Source of the DNA: Candidatus Micrarchaeota archaeon
GTDB taxonomy: Archaea > Micrarchaeota > Micrarchaeia > Anstonellales > Anstonellaceae
Direction of reading: 5' to 3'
Assembly: GCA_964581105.1 (NCBI GenBank)
Contig: CAZOMB010000004.1
Span: 672 to 64,671, forward strand
DNA: 64,000 nucleotides
A program made the translations under genes and the position numbers. Positions 46,424-55,593 of the stretch are shown here, piece after piece. The notes under the pieces were generated by a model that was not told where the DNA came from, did not search any database, and saw only the letters and a list, made by a program, of their open reading frames with translations. How positions within the stretch are numbered: the stretch's first letter is position 1; each line of letters starts with the position of its first letter.

Positions 46424-48529
46424 ATGAGAATTTTTGCTTTGATGCTTTGCTTTGTGCTGCTCTTGCAGCCTACTTTTTCAGCTGAGTTTTCAATAGACCC
46501 TTACCTTTACTCAGGTGAAACTGCGTCAATGGTTGAGACTACTATATTTACTTCAAACAACAGCACTGCAAAACTTCTGAAAATTGACAATGAGGAAATA
46601 ATGCTTGTTGTTGACGACAAGATAATTGAGGACAGGGGGCAGATAAAGGGGCTGATAACAGAATACTATAAAAAGAACTTTTATGCGTCTGACGAGGAGC
46701 TTAAAGAGCTCAAAGGGTTTGCAGACGACTTTAATGACAGCAGGAATTACAAGACAAGGTATGGGCCTGTAGAATATGTTTGCTATACTTCTGGCACGTT
46801 TCTTGCGCATATTCCCTGCCATGACATGGGAAGCTGCATACAGACTGCGTCCACTTATTGCGCTATAACAGGTGCACAAGGCTGCATTGTTGACCTTCTT
46901 GCCACCCATATACTTGAGTACAAGAATGACCTGGACAAGCTGAACAGTGCATATGAAAAATTTGACATTGCTTACACCACCTTTTCCCCTGAGACTGCTT
47001 CATTATCCCTTGACAATATGGACGATGCGTTTAATGAAATGAAAGACGCTGCAGACAGCATTGCAGACAGCAAGCTGCGGTTCCCTGAGACCACATCTTG
47101 CATGGACTGCATAGGCGTGTGCCCTGAGGCGCATTTTGATTATGGGGCAATAAGCTCAGGAAAGAGCAAGGTTGCCCAGCTAAGGGAAAAAATAGGCCCT
47201 CTTGCAAGCCTTGGGACTGCTGTTGACAGGATTTTGCTTTCAACAGAGGAGAGGATAAAATACAGGGAAGGCGAGGAAAAAGCCCTGATTTTTGAGCCAA
47301 AATACGAGGCTGTGAAAACAAAATTTGAGGATTTGAAGGCACAGGCAGTTGAAGCAAAGGCACTTGTTGCAGACAAGAGCTTTGTTGACAGCGCTGATTT
47401 GTTTTTGGACAAGGCTGAAGAGCTTGAGCAAAGGGTTTTGGCGCGCGATTTTGATGGGTTTAACCCCCTGCTCTCAAGCTATGAGACTGCTGGCTGGACT
47501 TTGGCTGCAAAAATAAACAATTCCACTTCTGCCTATAAGACGGCATTTGAAACCCAGGATGATGCAGGAGACAAAGTGCTGCTTGCCCAGTGGGGAGTCA
47601 ACAGGCTTTCGCCAGCATCTGTTGACTCATACAACTCTCTTGCAAAGAGAAAAAATACTCTTGACTCTGATTTTGACCCCCCAATGACCTCTGCCCAGTA
47701 TTATGCGCTTTCATCGAATTATGATGACCTTGCCTCAGATGCACAGGCATTTGTAGCAGCTTCAGGAGGAATACAAGACTCAATATTTGGGGCAGGCAAT
47801 GCAATCTCAAGGGATGCCATTGACGGCACAATGACCTTGGCTTCAAATATTATGCCTGTGTCATTCAAGACAAGAAAAGAATATGCACCATATATACTGC
47901 CATTTGTCATTGCTGTTGTTGACCTTTCTTTGCTTTCAGTCGGCCTGCTGGCATTTGCAGCCGTGTTTTACTATTTCCATGGGTTTTTCAAAAGCAAGCT
48001 TGCAGTATCAGGCTGGGCAATTTCAATGCTTGCATTTGTCTTCATAATGCTCATAGGCTCTGCAGGCATTTACGCAGTTGTGTTCAGCACTGAGAGTTAC
48101 ACTGATTTTGTTGACTTTATGGGCACAGTAAAGGCTTCTAACAGCGTTGCAGTCATAGTTGACGAGAGTGGCGTGCCGTCAGGGGCTTCTGACTCAATGA
48201 AAGCATGCGCAGGCCAGATACAGGACCAGCTTGATGAGCTTGACAAGCAAACATTGAAGTATTATATCAACACAAACAAGTGCACATCAATAATCCCAAA
48301 GCCTTCTGCAAACAATTCAAGTGAAACTGTATATGAAACTCTTCATAACCTGGTTGCAGAAGACTGCCTTGACTCAATACCCGACATCCCTGTGATTGAG
48401 CTTAGGTACTCAAGCGAGAACAAGGTGCCAAGCTTCACAACAGTTGTCACACAGCAGGCAATCTTTAAAGGCAATGCTGCCTATTATGACAAAGCGCCTA
48501 TGTGCGACCCTGCAAATGTATTGAATTAG
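46424..48529 (+). CDS. Secreted protein with two C-proximal TM helices, unknown function
   Basis: It has a signal peptide (MRIFALMLCFVLLLQPTFSA) and hydrophobic helices around aa 490-560. Confidence 0.45.
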   Translation: MRIFALMLCFVLLLQPTFSAEFSIDPYLYSGETASMVETTIFTSNNSTAKLLKIDNEEIMLVVDDKIIEDRGQIKGLITEYYKKNFYASDEELKELKGFADDFNDSRNYKTRYGPVEYVCYTSGTFLAHIPCHDMGSCIQTASTYCAITGAQGCIVDLLATHILEYKNDLDKLNSAYEKFDIAYTTFSPETASLSLDNMDDAFNEMKDAADSIADSKLRFPETTSCMDCIGVCPEAHFDYGAISSGKSKVAQLREKIGPLASLGTAVDRILLSTEERIKYREGEEKALIFEPKYEAVKTKFEDLKAQAVEAKALVADKSFVDSADLFLDKAEELEQRVLARDFDGFNPLLSSYETAGWTLAAKINNSTSAYKTAFETQDDAGDKVLLAQWGVNRLSPASVDSYNSLAKRKNTLDSDFDPPMTSAQYYALSSNYDDLASDAQAFVAASGGIQDSIFGAGNAISRDAIDGTMTLASNIMPVSFKTRKEYAPYILPFVIAVVDLSLLSVGLLAFAAVFYYFHGFFKSKLAVSGWAISMLAFVFIMLIGSAGIYAVVFSTESYTDFVDFMGTVKASNSVAVIVDESGVPSGASDSMKACAGQIQDQLDELDKQTLKYYINTNKCTSIIPKPSANNSSETVYETLHNLVAEDCLDSIPDIPVIELRYSSENKVPSFTTVVTQQAIFKGNAAYYDKAPMCDPANVLN

Positions 48530-48538
48530 GGGATTTTT

Positions 48539-49009
48539 ATGAAGCTTAAAGAAAAGGACAAGTTAGCCTTGTTTGCGCTTATTGGAGTGCTTGCAATTGC
48601 AGCAGGAGCATATGTGCTGCTTTTCTCAGAAGAGCCGGACAATCCTTCTGACATTGACGGCTTTGTCTCTTCTGTTATGCGCTCAAGCTCTGTTTCCCTG
48701 TTTTTTGATGTCAGAGGGGCAGATGCTGACTCTTCAAGGCTGATTTACCAGTGCGGGGTTGACCTTGTAGGCGGCAAGCTGCTTGGGGCAAAGACAATAA
48801 ACACATATGCATGCGATGATAAGGGATGCCTTTCAGCAAGCTCTGCTGCAAACGGGAGCAATTCTTTGACATATGAGCAGGTGAAAAACAATCTCAAAAA
48901 AGAGCCATATGTCCTGATAGCTAAAGGCACTCCTGAAACCAAATTCTTTGAAAGGCATATGGAAATCTACATAGACCAGAGCTTTATCTCAACCTGCAAG
49001 CTTGGCTAA
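48539..49009 (+). CDS. Small N-terminally anchored protein, unknown function
   Basis: A single TM is present (LALFALIGVLAIAAGAYVLLF). Confidence 0.4.
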   Translation: MKLKEKDKLALFALIGVLAIAAGAYVLLFSEEPDNPSDIDGFVSSVMRSSSVSLFFDVRGADADSSRLIYQCGVDLVGGKLLGAKTINTYACDDKGCLSASSAANGSNSLTYEQVKNNLKKEPYVLIAKGTPETKFFERHMEIYIDQSFISTCKLG

Positions 49010-49048
49010 GCAACAACTATCTTAATCCTTGCCCCCCACTTATTTTGC

Positions 49049-50128
49049 ATGGACATAGAGGGAAAACTAGCTCTTGTGAGGAAAAAGCCTGTTTGCGAGA
49101 TAGTCACAGAAACAGAGCTGCAAGAGCTTTTTGAGGCAAATTCCCATCCAAAGCACTATATTGGATTTGAAATCTCAGGAAATTTGCATTTAGGAAGCGG
49201 GCTTGTTACTTCCCTTATTCTAAAGGACTTTATTGCAGCAGGAATAAGGCCAACAATACTTTTGGCAGATTATCATGCATGGATAAACAAGAAAATGGGT
49301 GGGGATTTAGAGAAAATACAAAACATTGCAAAAGGCTATTTCAAGTCAGCATTTGTCTCCCTTGGCCTTCCTGAGAATAAGGTAAACTATGTTCTTGCCT
49401 CTGAGCTTTACAAAAAGCTTGGCAATGACTACTGGAAAGAAGTGTTGGCCGTATCAAAGTCAACTACTATGAAAAGGATGCTACGCTGCACAACAATAAT
49501 GGGACGGACGAAAAAAGAGTCTGTTGACTGCTCTTCTGTGCTTTACCCTGCAATGCAGACAGCTGACATTTTTGCTCTTGGAATTGACATTGCGCATTCT
49601 GGCATTGACCAGAGAAAAGTGCACATGCTTGCAAGGGAAGCAGCTGAAAAGCAAAAGAAAAAGAAAGTGGTTGCAATACACCACAAGTTGCTTATGGGCC
49701 TTTTAGGGCCGCAAAAGATGGGCTTTGAGGAAAATGAAAAGCAGGACATTGAAATATCCTCAAAAATGAGCAAAAGCAGGCCAGAGTCAATAATATGCAT
49801 ACATGATTCTGAAAAAGAGATTCAAGACAAGCTGAAAAAAGCCTATTGCCCTGAAAAGCAGGCTGAAAACAACCCTGTGCTTGAGATGTGCGACAATTTC
49901 CTGCTCAGGGACGAAAAATCCTCTCTTAAAATTGAAAGGCCCTCAAAATTCGGGGGAAACGTTGAGTTTTCCTCTTACAATGAGCTTGAAAAGGCGTATT
50001 TGTCAGGAAAGCTCCACCCAGCTGACCTGAAAGGGGCTGTAACAAAGTCAATTACCAAAATGCTAGAGCCGTCAAGAAAATATTTTGAACAGCACAAACA
50101 GCTGCTTTCTGGGCTGCAGCAAAAATAG
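49049..50128 (+). CDS. tyrS: Tyrosyl-tRNA synthetase (archaeal type)
   Basis: YIGFEISGNLHLGSG is the HIGH-class motif and KMSKS is present. The C-terminal half (RKVHMLAREAAEK...KAYCPEKQAENNPVLEMCDNF...PSKFGGNVEFSSYNELE) is strongly similar to M. jannaschii TyrRS. Confidence 0.85.
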   Translation: MDIEGKLALVRKKPVCEIVTETELQELFEANSHPKHYIGFEISGNLHLGSGLVTSLILKDFIAAGIRPTILLADYHAWINKKMGGDLEKIQNIAKGYFKSAFVSLGLPENKVNYVLASELYKKLGNDYWKEVLAVSKSTTMKRMLRCTTIMGRTKKESVDCSSVLYPAMQTADIFALGIDIAHSGIDQRKVHMLAREAAEKQKKKKVVAIHHKLLMGLLGPQKMGFEENEKQDIEISSKMSKSRPESIICIHDSEKEIQDKLKKAYCPEKQAENNPVLEMCDNFLLRDEKSSLKIERPSKFGGNVEFSSYNELEKAYLSGKLHPADLKGAVTKSITKMLEPSRKYFEQHKQLLSGLQQK

Positions 50129-50135
50129 GGAAAAA

Positions 50136-51887
50136 ATGGGCAAGATAAGTCTTTTTGCACTGATGCTTTTGCTTTTTGCTAGCCATGCTTTTGCAGCCTG
50201 CCCGCAAGAAACAAGGGAAATATATGTTGCAGCAGTCACAGGCGAAAACTCAGGGGGCATATTCCAGCTTGAGGTTGAAGTAAAGCCAGGGGACGGCTCA
50301 ATATACACGTCAATAGTGCCAAGGACAGGCTTTTCCACGCAAGAATCAGAGCAAATGGCAGTTGACTATGCATTTGGCAAAACAAGCATAACAAAGCAAG
50401 AATGCGATGTTCTCTTCAGGGTAAAGGGGAATTTTGGGGATAATGTGATTAATGGCCCGTCCGCAGGCGGGGCAATGGCAGCTGCAACAACTGCTGCGCT
50501 TCTTAACAAGAGCATAAGGCAGGATGTTGTTATGACAGGCACTGTTTCGCCTGAAGGCAATGTTGGCGAGGTTGGAGGGGTAATTGAAAAGTCAATAGCA
50601 GCAGCTGATGCTGGCGCAAAATATATACTTGTGCCAAAGCTCAAGATTTACGAGGCATTGCTTCTTTCATCAATTTCACAGGACCATGGGTTCAATGCTT
50701 TGGAAGTTTCAAGCATTGAAGAGGCCGAAAAAGTGCTTTTTTCAGATTATGATGATGAGTTTTCAACCAAATTTTCCCCAGAAAGTGGCCCAATCCCGGC
50801 AAACCTTGAGCCAATAGCCAAAGACTCAGACATTTCCCGGTTTTCCCTTGTAGCGCAAGAAGTTGTAAACAGGCTCAAGCAAAAAACAAGTGAAATGCTC
50901 TCAGAAAATGTTAGTAGCCAGAGCATAGAGGGATTAAAGCATTATTTTGAGGAAGAAATATCAAAGTATGACAAGCTGATTATAATGGGCTATCCATTCA
51001 CAGCAGCAAACTCTGCTTTTTTGCTTTCAATTGACGCAGAATATGTGATAATAGGCAATGCAGATGTTGACCTTGACGGAAGCATTGAAGAGGTGTCAGG
51101 CTGCATCTCATCGCTTAACCCTTCTGAAAAGACTTATGAAAATTTCCATTGGGCCATTGGCTCTGACCTAAGAAGGCTTTGGGCACAGGAAAAGCTGCAA
51201 GGCACTGTTGAGAGTCGGCCTGCGCAAGGAGGCTATACCACTTTAAGGGACCTTCTTTTTGCCTATAGCTGGTGCTCAATATCAGATGACCTTGCAGGCC
51301 AGGCAGAAACAATAGGCGGAGAAAAAGCAAATGAATCGCTTTTATACTCTCTTGCACAGGAAAAGCTTGAGGAAGCCCATGAGGCGGTTTCAACAGCCTC
51401 AATGCTAAATTATGATGCCCTGTGGCATTACTCAAATGCTCTTTCTGCAAATGAGACTGGCCTTTATGGCGCAGCAATTTATGAGTCAACATATGCCAGC
51501 ACAATGCAGAGGATTTCAAGCACATCTTCTGAAAACCTGAGCATGGCTGCAGAAAAGCTTGCTTCTGGGAAGAGGAAAAGCCTTTGGGGAAAAATATATT
51601 TTGGCCAGGGAAAATACCTTTACTCGGAAGATAAGGAAAATGCTGCTTCCCCAACTGACAGCTACCGGATATTCAAATACTCTTATGAGCTTGACAAAGT
51701 GGCAAGAGAGATTGACGAAGAACTTTTAAAGGGCAAAAAGCAAACAATTCAACCAATACCAGCAGTTGAAGAGCAGGAGGCACCAAGCGAGGAAGATATT
51801 CTTGTGTCGGCATTCCTTGCAGCCTCTGTTGCAGTGCTTGGGATTGCAATTGCGTACAGGATTTTAAGAAGAAAGAGGAGTGATTGA
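50136..51887 (+). CDS. Extracytoplasmic Lon-like (S16) peptidase-domain protein without an ATPase module. It has a signal peptide and a C-terminal TM.
   Basis: VINGPSAGGAMAAATTAALLNKSIRQDVVMTGTVSPEGNVGEVGGVIEKSIAAADAGAKYILVPK matches the Lon proteolytic domain (Ser in GPSAG, downstream Lys). The signal peptide is MGKISLFALMLLLFASHAFA. The C-terminal helix is LAASVAVLGIAIAYRIL. Confidence 0.65.
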   Translation: MGKISLFALMLLLFASHAFAACPQETREIYVAAVTGENSGGIFQLEVEVKPGDGSIYTSIVPRTGFSTQESEQMAVDYAFGKTSITKQECDVLFRVKGNFGDNVINGPSAGGAMAAATTAALLNKSIRQDVVMTGTVSPEGNVGEVGGVIEKSIAAADAGAKYILVPKLKIYEALLLSSISQDHGFNALEVSSIEEAEKVLFSDYDDEFSTKFSPESGPIPANLEPIAKDSDISRFSLVAQEVVNRLKQKTSEMLSENVSSQSIEGLKHYFEEEISKYDKLIIMGYPFTAANSAFLLSIDAEYVIIGNADVDLDGSIEEVSGCISSLNPSEKTYENFHWAIGSDLRRLWAQEKLQGTVESRPAQGGYTTLRDLLFAYSWCSISDDLAGQAETIGGEKANESLLYSLAQEKLEEAHEAVSTASMLNYDALWHYSNALSANETGLYGAAIYESTYASTMQRISSTSSENLSMAAEKLASGKRKSLWGKIYFGQGKYLYSEDKENAASPTDSYRIFKYSYELDKVAREIDEELLKGKKQTIQPIPAVEEQEAPSEEDILVSAFLAASVAVLGIAIAYRILRRKRSD

Positions 51888-53126
51888 ATGGAACCCCTTG
51901 AAATGCGGGCAAGAGCTTATGCAGGCCATTACCCAAAGGTAAAAAAAGTGGCACTTTCTTACTCAGGCGGCCTTGATTCGGTTGTAGCCGGCAGTCTGCT
52001 TGCAATGTCAGGCTTTGAGGTTTTGCCGATTGTTGTTGACCTTGGGCAAAAAAGCGACTTTAAAAGGATTGAAAAAAATGCAAGGAAAATGTTTGGCTCA
52101 TGCTCAGTTGTTGACACAAAAGAGCATTTTGCAGAGAATATTTTGAGGGGAATAAAGGCAAGCTGCAATATTGAGGGCCATGTAAATGTCAGTGGAATGG
52201 CAAGGCCTGCGCTTGCCAGGGCGCTTGCAGAAGAGGCAAGGAAAAGCAAATGCAATGCAATTGCCCATGGCTCTCCAGGAACAGGGAATGACCATTTGAC
52301 AATGGAAAATGCCCTGAGAGTACTTGCCCCTGAAATGAGGATAATGGCCCCTGTAAGGGACTTGGACATGAAAAGGGATGAGGCGCTTGAGTTTGCAAAA
52401 AAACACAAGCTTGCAACCAACCTTCCAAGGGCAAAACAGTTTTCTTCTGATGAGAACCTTTTTGCGAGGATAATAAGGCAGGGAATATCGCTTGACCCTA
52501 CTTCCCCATTGCCAGAAGGTGTATACAAGTGGACAAATGAGCCAAAAAAGGCGCCCTCAAAGGGAGTAAACCTTGAGGTTGAGTTTTCAAACGGGATACC
52601 GGTAATGGTAAAAGTCGAAGGCAAAAAGTTTTCTGGCACTGTTGCGCTCATTGAAAAGCTCAATGAAATAGGCGGAAAGCATGCAGTTGGCAGGATAGAT
52701 GCAATGGATGACAAAGTAGCAGGGCTTAAGATAAGGGAAGTATATGAATGCCCTGCTGCCCTCATACTGCTGACTGCGCACAAAAAGCTTGAGAGCATTG
52801 TGCTTACTGCAAAAGAGCTTGACATAAAGCACCAGGTTGACTGCTGGTGGAACAGAGTAGTGCATGACGGCGGCTGGTATACTAGGCTTCGCCGCTCTTT
52901 GGATGCATTGATAGACCAGATAGAAAAGCCTGTTGACGGTGTTGTGAGCCTGCAGCTTCACAAAGGCGCAATAATTGTCAGGGGAAGGAAGAGCAGACAT
53001 GCCTTGTATGACCAGAGGCTTTCAGCAAGGGACAGGAACGGGGTATTTTCGCAAAAAGAGGCAAGGCATTTTGCAAAGCTTTACAGCCTTCAGGACAATA
53101 TAGCATACATGATTGACAGCGACTGA
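51888..53126 (+). CDS. argG: Argininosuccinate synthase
   Basis: ALSYSGGLDS is the PP-loop. HGSPGTGNDHLTMEN corresponds to the GxTGKGNDQxRFE motif. The C-terminal half aligns well with bacterial ArgG (LNEIGGKHAVGRIDAMDDKVAGLKIREVYE). Confidence 0.85.
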   Translation: MEPLEMRARAYAGHYPKVKKVALSYSGGLDSVVAGSLLAMSGFEVLPIVVDLGQKSDFKRIEKNARKMFGSCSVVDTKEHFAENILRGIKASCNIEGHVNVSGMARPALARALAEEARKSKCNAIAHGSPGTGNDHLTMENALRVLAPEMRIMAPVRDLDMKRDEALEFAKKHKLATNLPRAKQFSSDENLFARIIRQGISLDPTSPLPEGVYKWTNEPKKAPSKGVNLEVEFSNGIPVMVKVEGKKFSGTVALIEKLNEIGGKHAVGRIDAMDDKVAGLKIREVYECPAALILLTAHKKLESIVLTAKELDIKHQVDCWWNRVVHDGGWYTRLRRSLDALIDQIEKPVDGVVSLQLHKGAIIVRGRKSRHALYDQRLSARDRNGVFSQKEARHFAKLYSLQDNIAYMIDSD

Positions 53127-53281
53127 GGAATGCTTTAAATAACCTTTTGGGCAGAAACGAAATAGAAAACACTTAGAGAAAATAATAAAGGTGAAAAAAT
53201 GGAGCACAAAACATGTGGGGAAGAAAATACAGACGAAACCCATGTGAAAGTTGATTTCAAAAACAAAAAAAGGAAAAACAG

Positions 53282-53848
53282 GTGGTTAACTTGAAGGCAG
53301 ATGAAGCACTCCAAAAGCTAAAAGATGGGAACTGGCGCTATGTTAATGACAAGATGAAAGAAAGAGACTTTAAAGAAGAGAGAGAAAAAGTGCTTGACGG
53401 ACAGCAACCATATGCAACAATACTAACATGCTCAGATTCAAGAGTTGTTCCACACTATATATTTGACGAAGGGTTAGGGAATCTTTTTGAGGTTATGAAC
53501 GCTGGAAATGTCGCTGACAAAGACGCTCTTGGGTCAATGGAATACGCGGCAGGACACTTGAACACCCCTCTGCTTGTTGTACTAGGCCATGAAAAATGCG
53601 GAGCAGTGACTGCTGCTTGCTCTGGCGCAAAGGTAGAGGGAAACCTCGAGGAAACAATGAAAAAGTTAAAAAAGCCAGTGGAAATTGCAAAAGGAGATGT
53701 CAACTCTGCCATTCGGGAGAATATATTTCATGTAATAGATGAAATAAGGAAGGAAAGCCCAAAACTTGCCAAGCTTGAAACAGATGAAAAGCTGAAAATA
53801 GTTGGGGCGCATTATTCCCTTATGACCGGAGAAGTGGAGTTTTTCTAG
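53282..53848 (+). CDS. Beta-class carbonic anhydrase
   Basis: CSDSRV ... HEKCGAV are the Zn ligands (Cys, His, Cys). The start is GTG. Confidence 0.8.
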   Translation: MVNLKADEALQKLKDGNWRYVNDKMKERDFKEEREKVLDGQQPYATILTCSDSRVVPHYIFDEGLGNLFEVMNAGNVADKDALGSMEYAAGHLNTPLLVVLGHEKCGAVTAACSGAKVEGNLEETMKKLKKPVEIAKGDVNSAIRENIFHVIDEIRKESPKLAKLETDEKLKIVGAHYSLMTGEVEFF

Positions 53849-53898
53849 CCTGCCTTAATTTAAAGCTAAAACACCCTAGTGTAAAGAAGGTTTTTCGC

Positions 53899-55593
53899 AT
53901 GAAAGAATCAACAAAGCTCAAGTATGAGCTCAAAAAGCAGCTTGCCCATTTGCGCGGCATGAAAGGCAGTGGAACTGAGCTGATATCAGTTTACATACCT
54001 GCAAACCAGGCAGTGCATGAGACCTCAAGCAAGCTTAAGGGGGAATCAGGCCAGGCATCAAACATAAAGAGCAAAAGCACAAGGAAAAATGTAGGAGACG
54101 CGCTTGAGAAGATAATTCATCATTTGAAAAGCTATGGAAACAAGGCGCCAAGCACAGGGGTTGCAATATTTTGCGGCAATGTTTCTGACAGCCCTGCAAA
54201 AACAGACATTTCTCTTTTCACTGTGTTTCCCCCTGAGCCGTTGGGAGTCCAGCTTTACCGCTGTGACTCTCGCTTTTTCTTGGAGCCGCTTGAAAGGATG
54301 CTGGAATCAGACGAAACATACGGGCTTGTAGTGCTTGACGGAAGGGAATGCACAATTGCAGAGCTTCGGGGGACAGTTGTCAGGACATTGCACAGGCTAA
54401 ACTCCACTGCGCATGCAAAAATCCGGAAGGGAGGACAATGCCTTGCGCCTGATACTCTTGTTCAGACTTCAGATGGTGAGCTGGTACCTGTTTCTGAGGT
54501 TGTCCCGGGAATTAAAATAAAAGGAGCAGATTTGTCAAAGCTTAAGATATGCGATTGGGAGTGTTCCGACAAATTCAAAACAAAGTCAAAAAAAGCATAT
54601 AGGATAGCTGTTCAGAACTCAAAGATGGAAATTGTCGCAACTGCATGGCATCGGTTCTTTACAGTCGGAAAAAAAGGCATTGAAGAAATCTATGCAAAAA
54701 ACTTGAAGATAGGAAGTGTTCTACTTATTGCCAGAAAAGCGTTCAAGAATGACCCTGACACAAAGCATGGTGAGCCATCTGAAAAAATGCTCAAAAAATG
54801 GCTGTCTGAAGACATTGGAGTGGCAAGAGTGGCAAAACTAATACCAATAGAAGGAGAAAAAGAATATATTGACCTTACTGTGCCAAATGCATTCAACTTT
54901 GTGGCAAATGGCTTTATTGTGCACAACAGCGCCCGCAGATATGAGAGACTGATTGAAGAGTCAATTGAAAAGTATTACAAAAGGGTGGGAGTGTCAATGG
55001 ACAGGTATTTTGTTAACAAGGTAAAAGGAGTGATAGTTGGAGGCCCTGGCCCCACAAAGGAGAATTTTGTGAAAATGTCGCCATTTAATTACCAGATAAA
55101 AGTGCTTGGAGTGGTTGACACTGGCTATACTGATGACTATGGGGTAAGGGAGGTAATGGCAAAAAGCAAGGACATTATAGCAGAGCAGGCTGCAATAAAG
55201 GAAAAAGCGCTTGTTGAAAGGTTCATAAAAGAAGTTGTGTCAAACGGGCTTGCCACTTATGGGGAAAAAGAAGTAAGGCAAGCCTTAAAGGTAAAAAAGG
55301 CATCAAAGCTGCTTGTATCAGAAGGCTTGGAATACAAGAGGGCAAAGCTTGTTGATACTACTACAAAAGAAGTTCATTATGCAACCACAAAAAGCCCTTC
55401 TGAGCTTGAGGAAAAAATAAAGAAAATTGGCGGCACAGTAAAAGTTGAGGAGCAAATACCGCTTATTGATGACTTGATTGCCCTTGCTGAGGAAAAGAAC
55501 ATTGAAGTAATTGTAATTTCCCCTGACACTGCAGAAGGAGCGCAATTTTTAGGCTCATTTTACGGCATAGGCGCATTTTTGAGGTACCGCTAG
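53899..55593 (+). CDS. prf1: Peptide chain release factor aRF1 precursor interrupted by a mini-intein
   Basis: The N-terminal GSGTELISVYIP and the GGQ motif are present. The C-terminus ...FLGSFYGIGAFLRYR is typical aRF1. The extein lengths sum to about 401 aa. Confidence 0.85.
   Translation: MKESTKLKYELKKQLAHLRGMKGSGTELISVYIPANQAVHETSSKLKGESGQASNIKSKSTRKNVGDALEKIIHHLKSYGNKAPSTGVAIFCGNVSDSPAKTDISLFTVFPPEPLGVQLYRCDSRFFLEPLERMLESDETYGLVVLDGRECTIAELRGTVVRTLHRLNSTAHAKIRKGGQCLAPDTLVQTSDGELVPVSEVVPGIKIKGADLSKLKICDWECSDKFKTKSKKAYRIAVQNSKMEIVATAWHRFFTVGKKGIEEIYAKNLKIGSVLLIARKAFKNDPDTKHGEPSEKMLKKWLSEDIGVARVAKLIPIEGEKEYIDLTVPNAFNFVANGFIVHNSARRYERLIEESIEKYYKRVGVSMDRYFVNKVKGVIVGGPGPTKENFVKMSPFNYQIKVLGVVDTGYTDDYGVREVMAKSKDIIAEQAAIKEKALVERFIKEVVSNGLATYGEKEVRQALKVKKASKLLVSEGLEYKRAKLVDTTTKEVHYATTKSPSELEEKIKKIGGTVKVEEQIPLIDDLIALAEEKNIEVIVISPDTAEGAQFLGSFYGIGAFLRYR
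54439..54927 (+). mobile_element. Mini-intein (163 aa) inserted directly after the GGQ motif of aRF1
   Basis: In KIRKGGQ|CLAPDTLV... the intein starts with Cys (block A). VATAWHRFF is block B TxxH. It ends ...NFVANGFIVHN|SARRYERL, with HN plus a +1 Ser (block G). There is no homing-endonuclease domain. Confidence 0.75.

Noticed and set aside
49049-50128. Tryptophanyl-tRNA synthetase assignment
   Set aside because: The C-terminal half aligns closely with archaeal TyrRS (PEKFGG...SYEELE). I therefore called it tyrS despite the KMSKS (rather than KMSSS) variant.
53127-53281. 31-aa A/K-rich mini-ORF upstream of the carbonic anhydrase
   Set aside because: It is too short and too low-complexity to support. 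It is more likely promoter or leader sequence.
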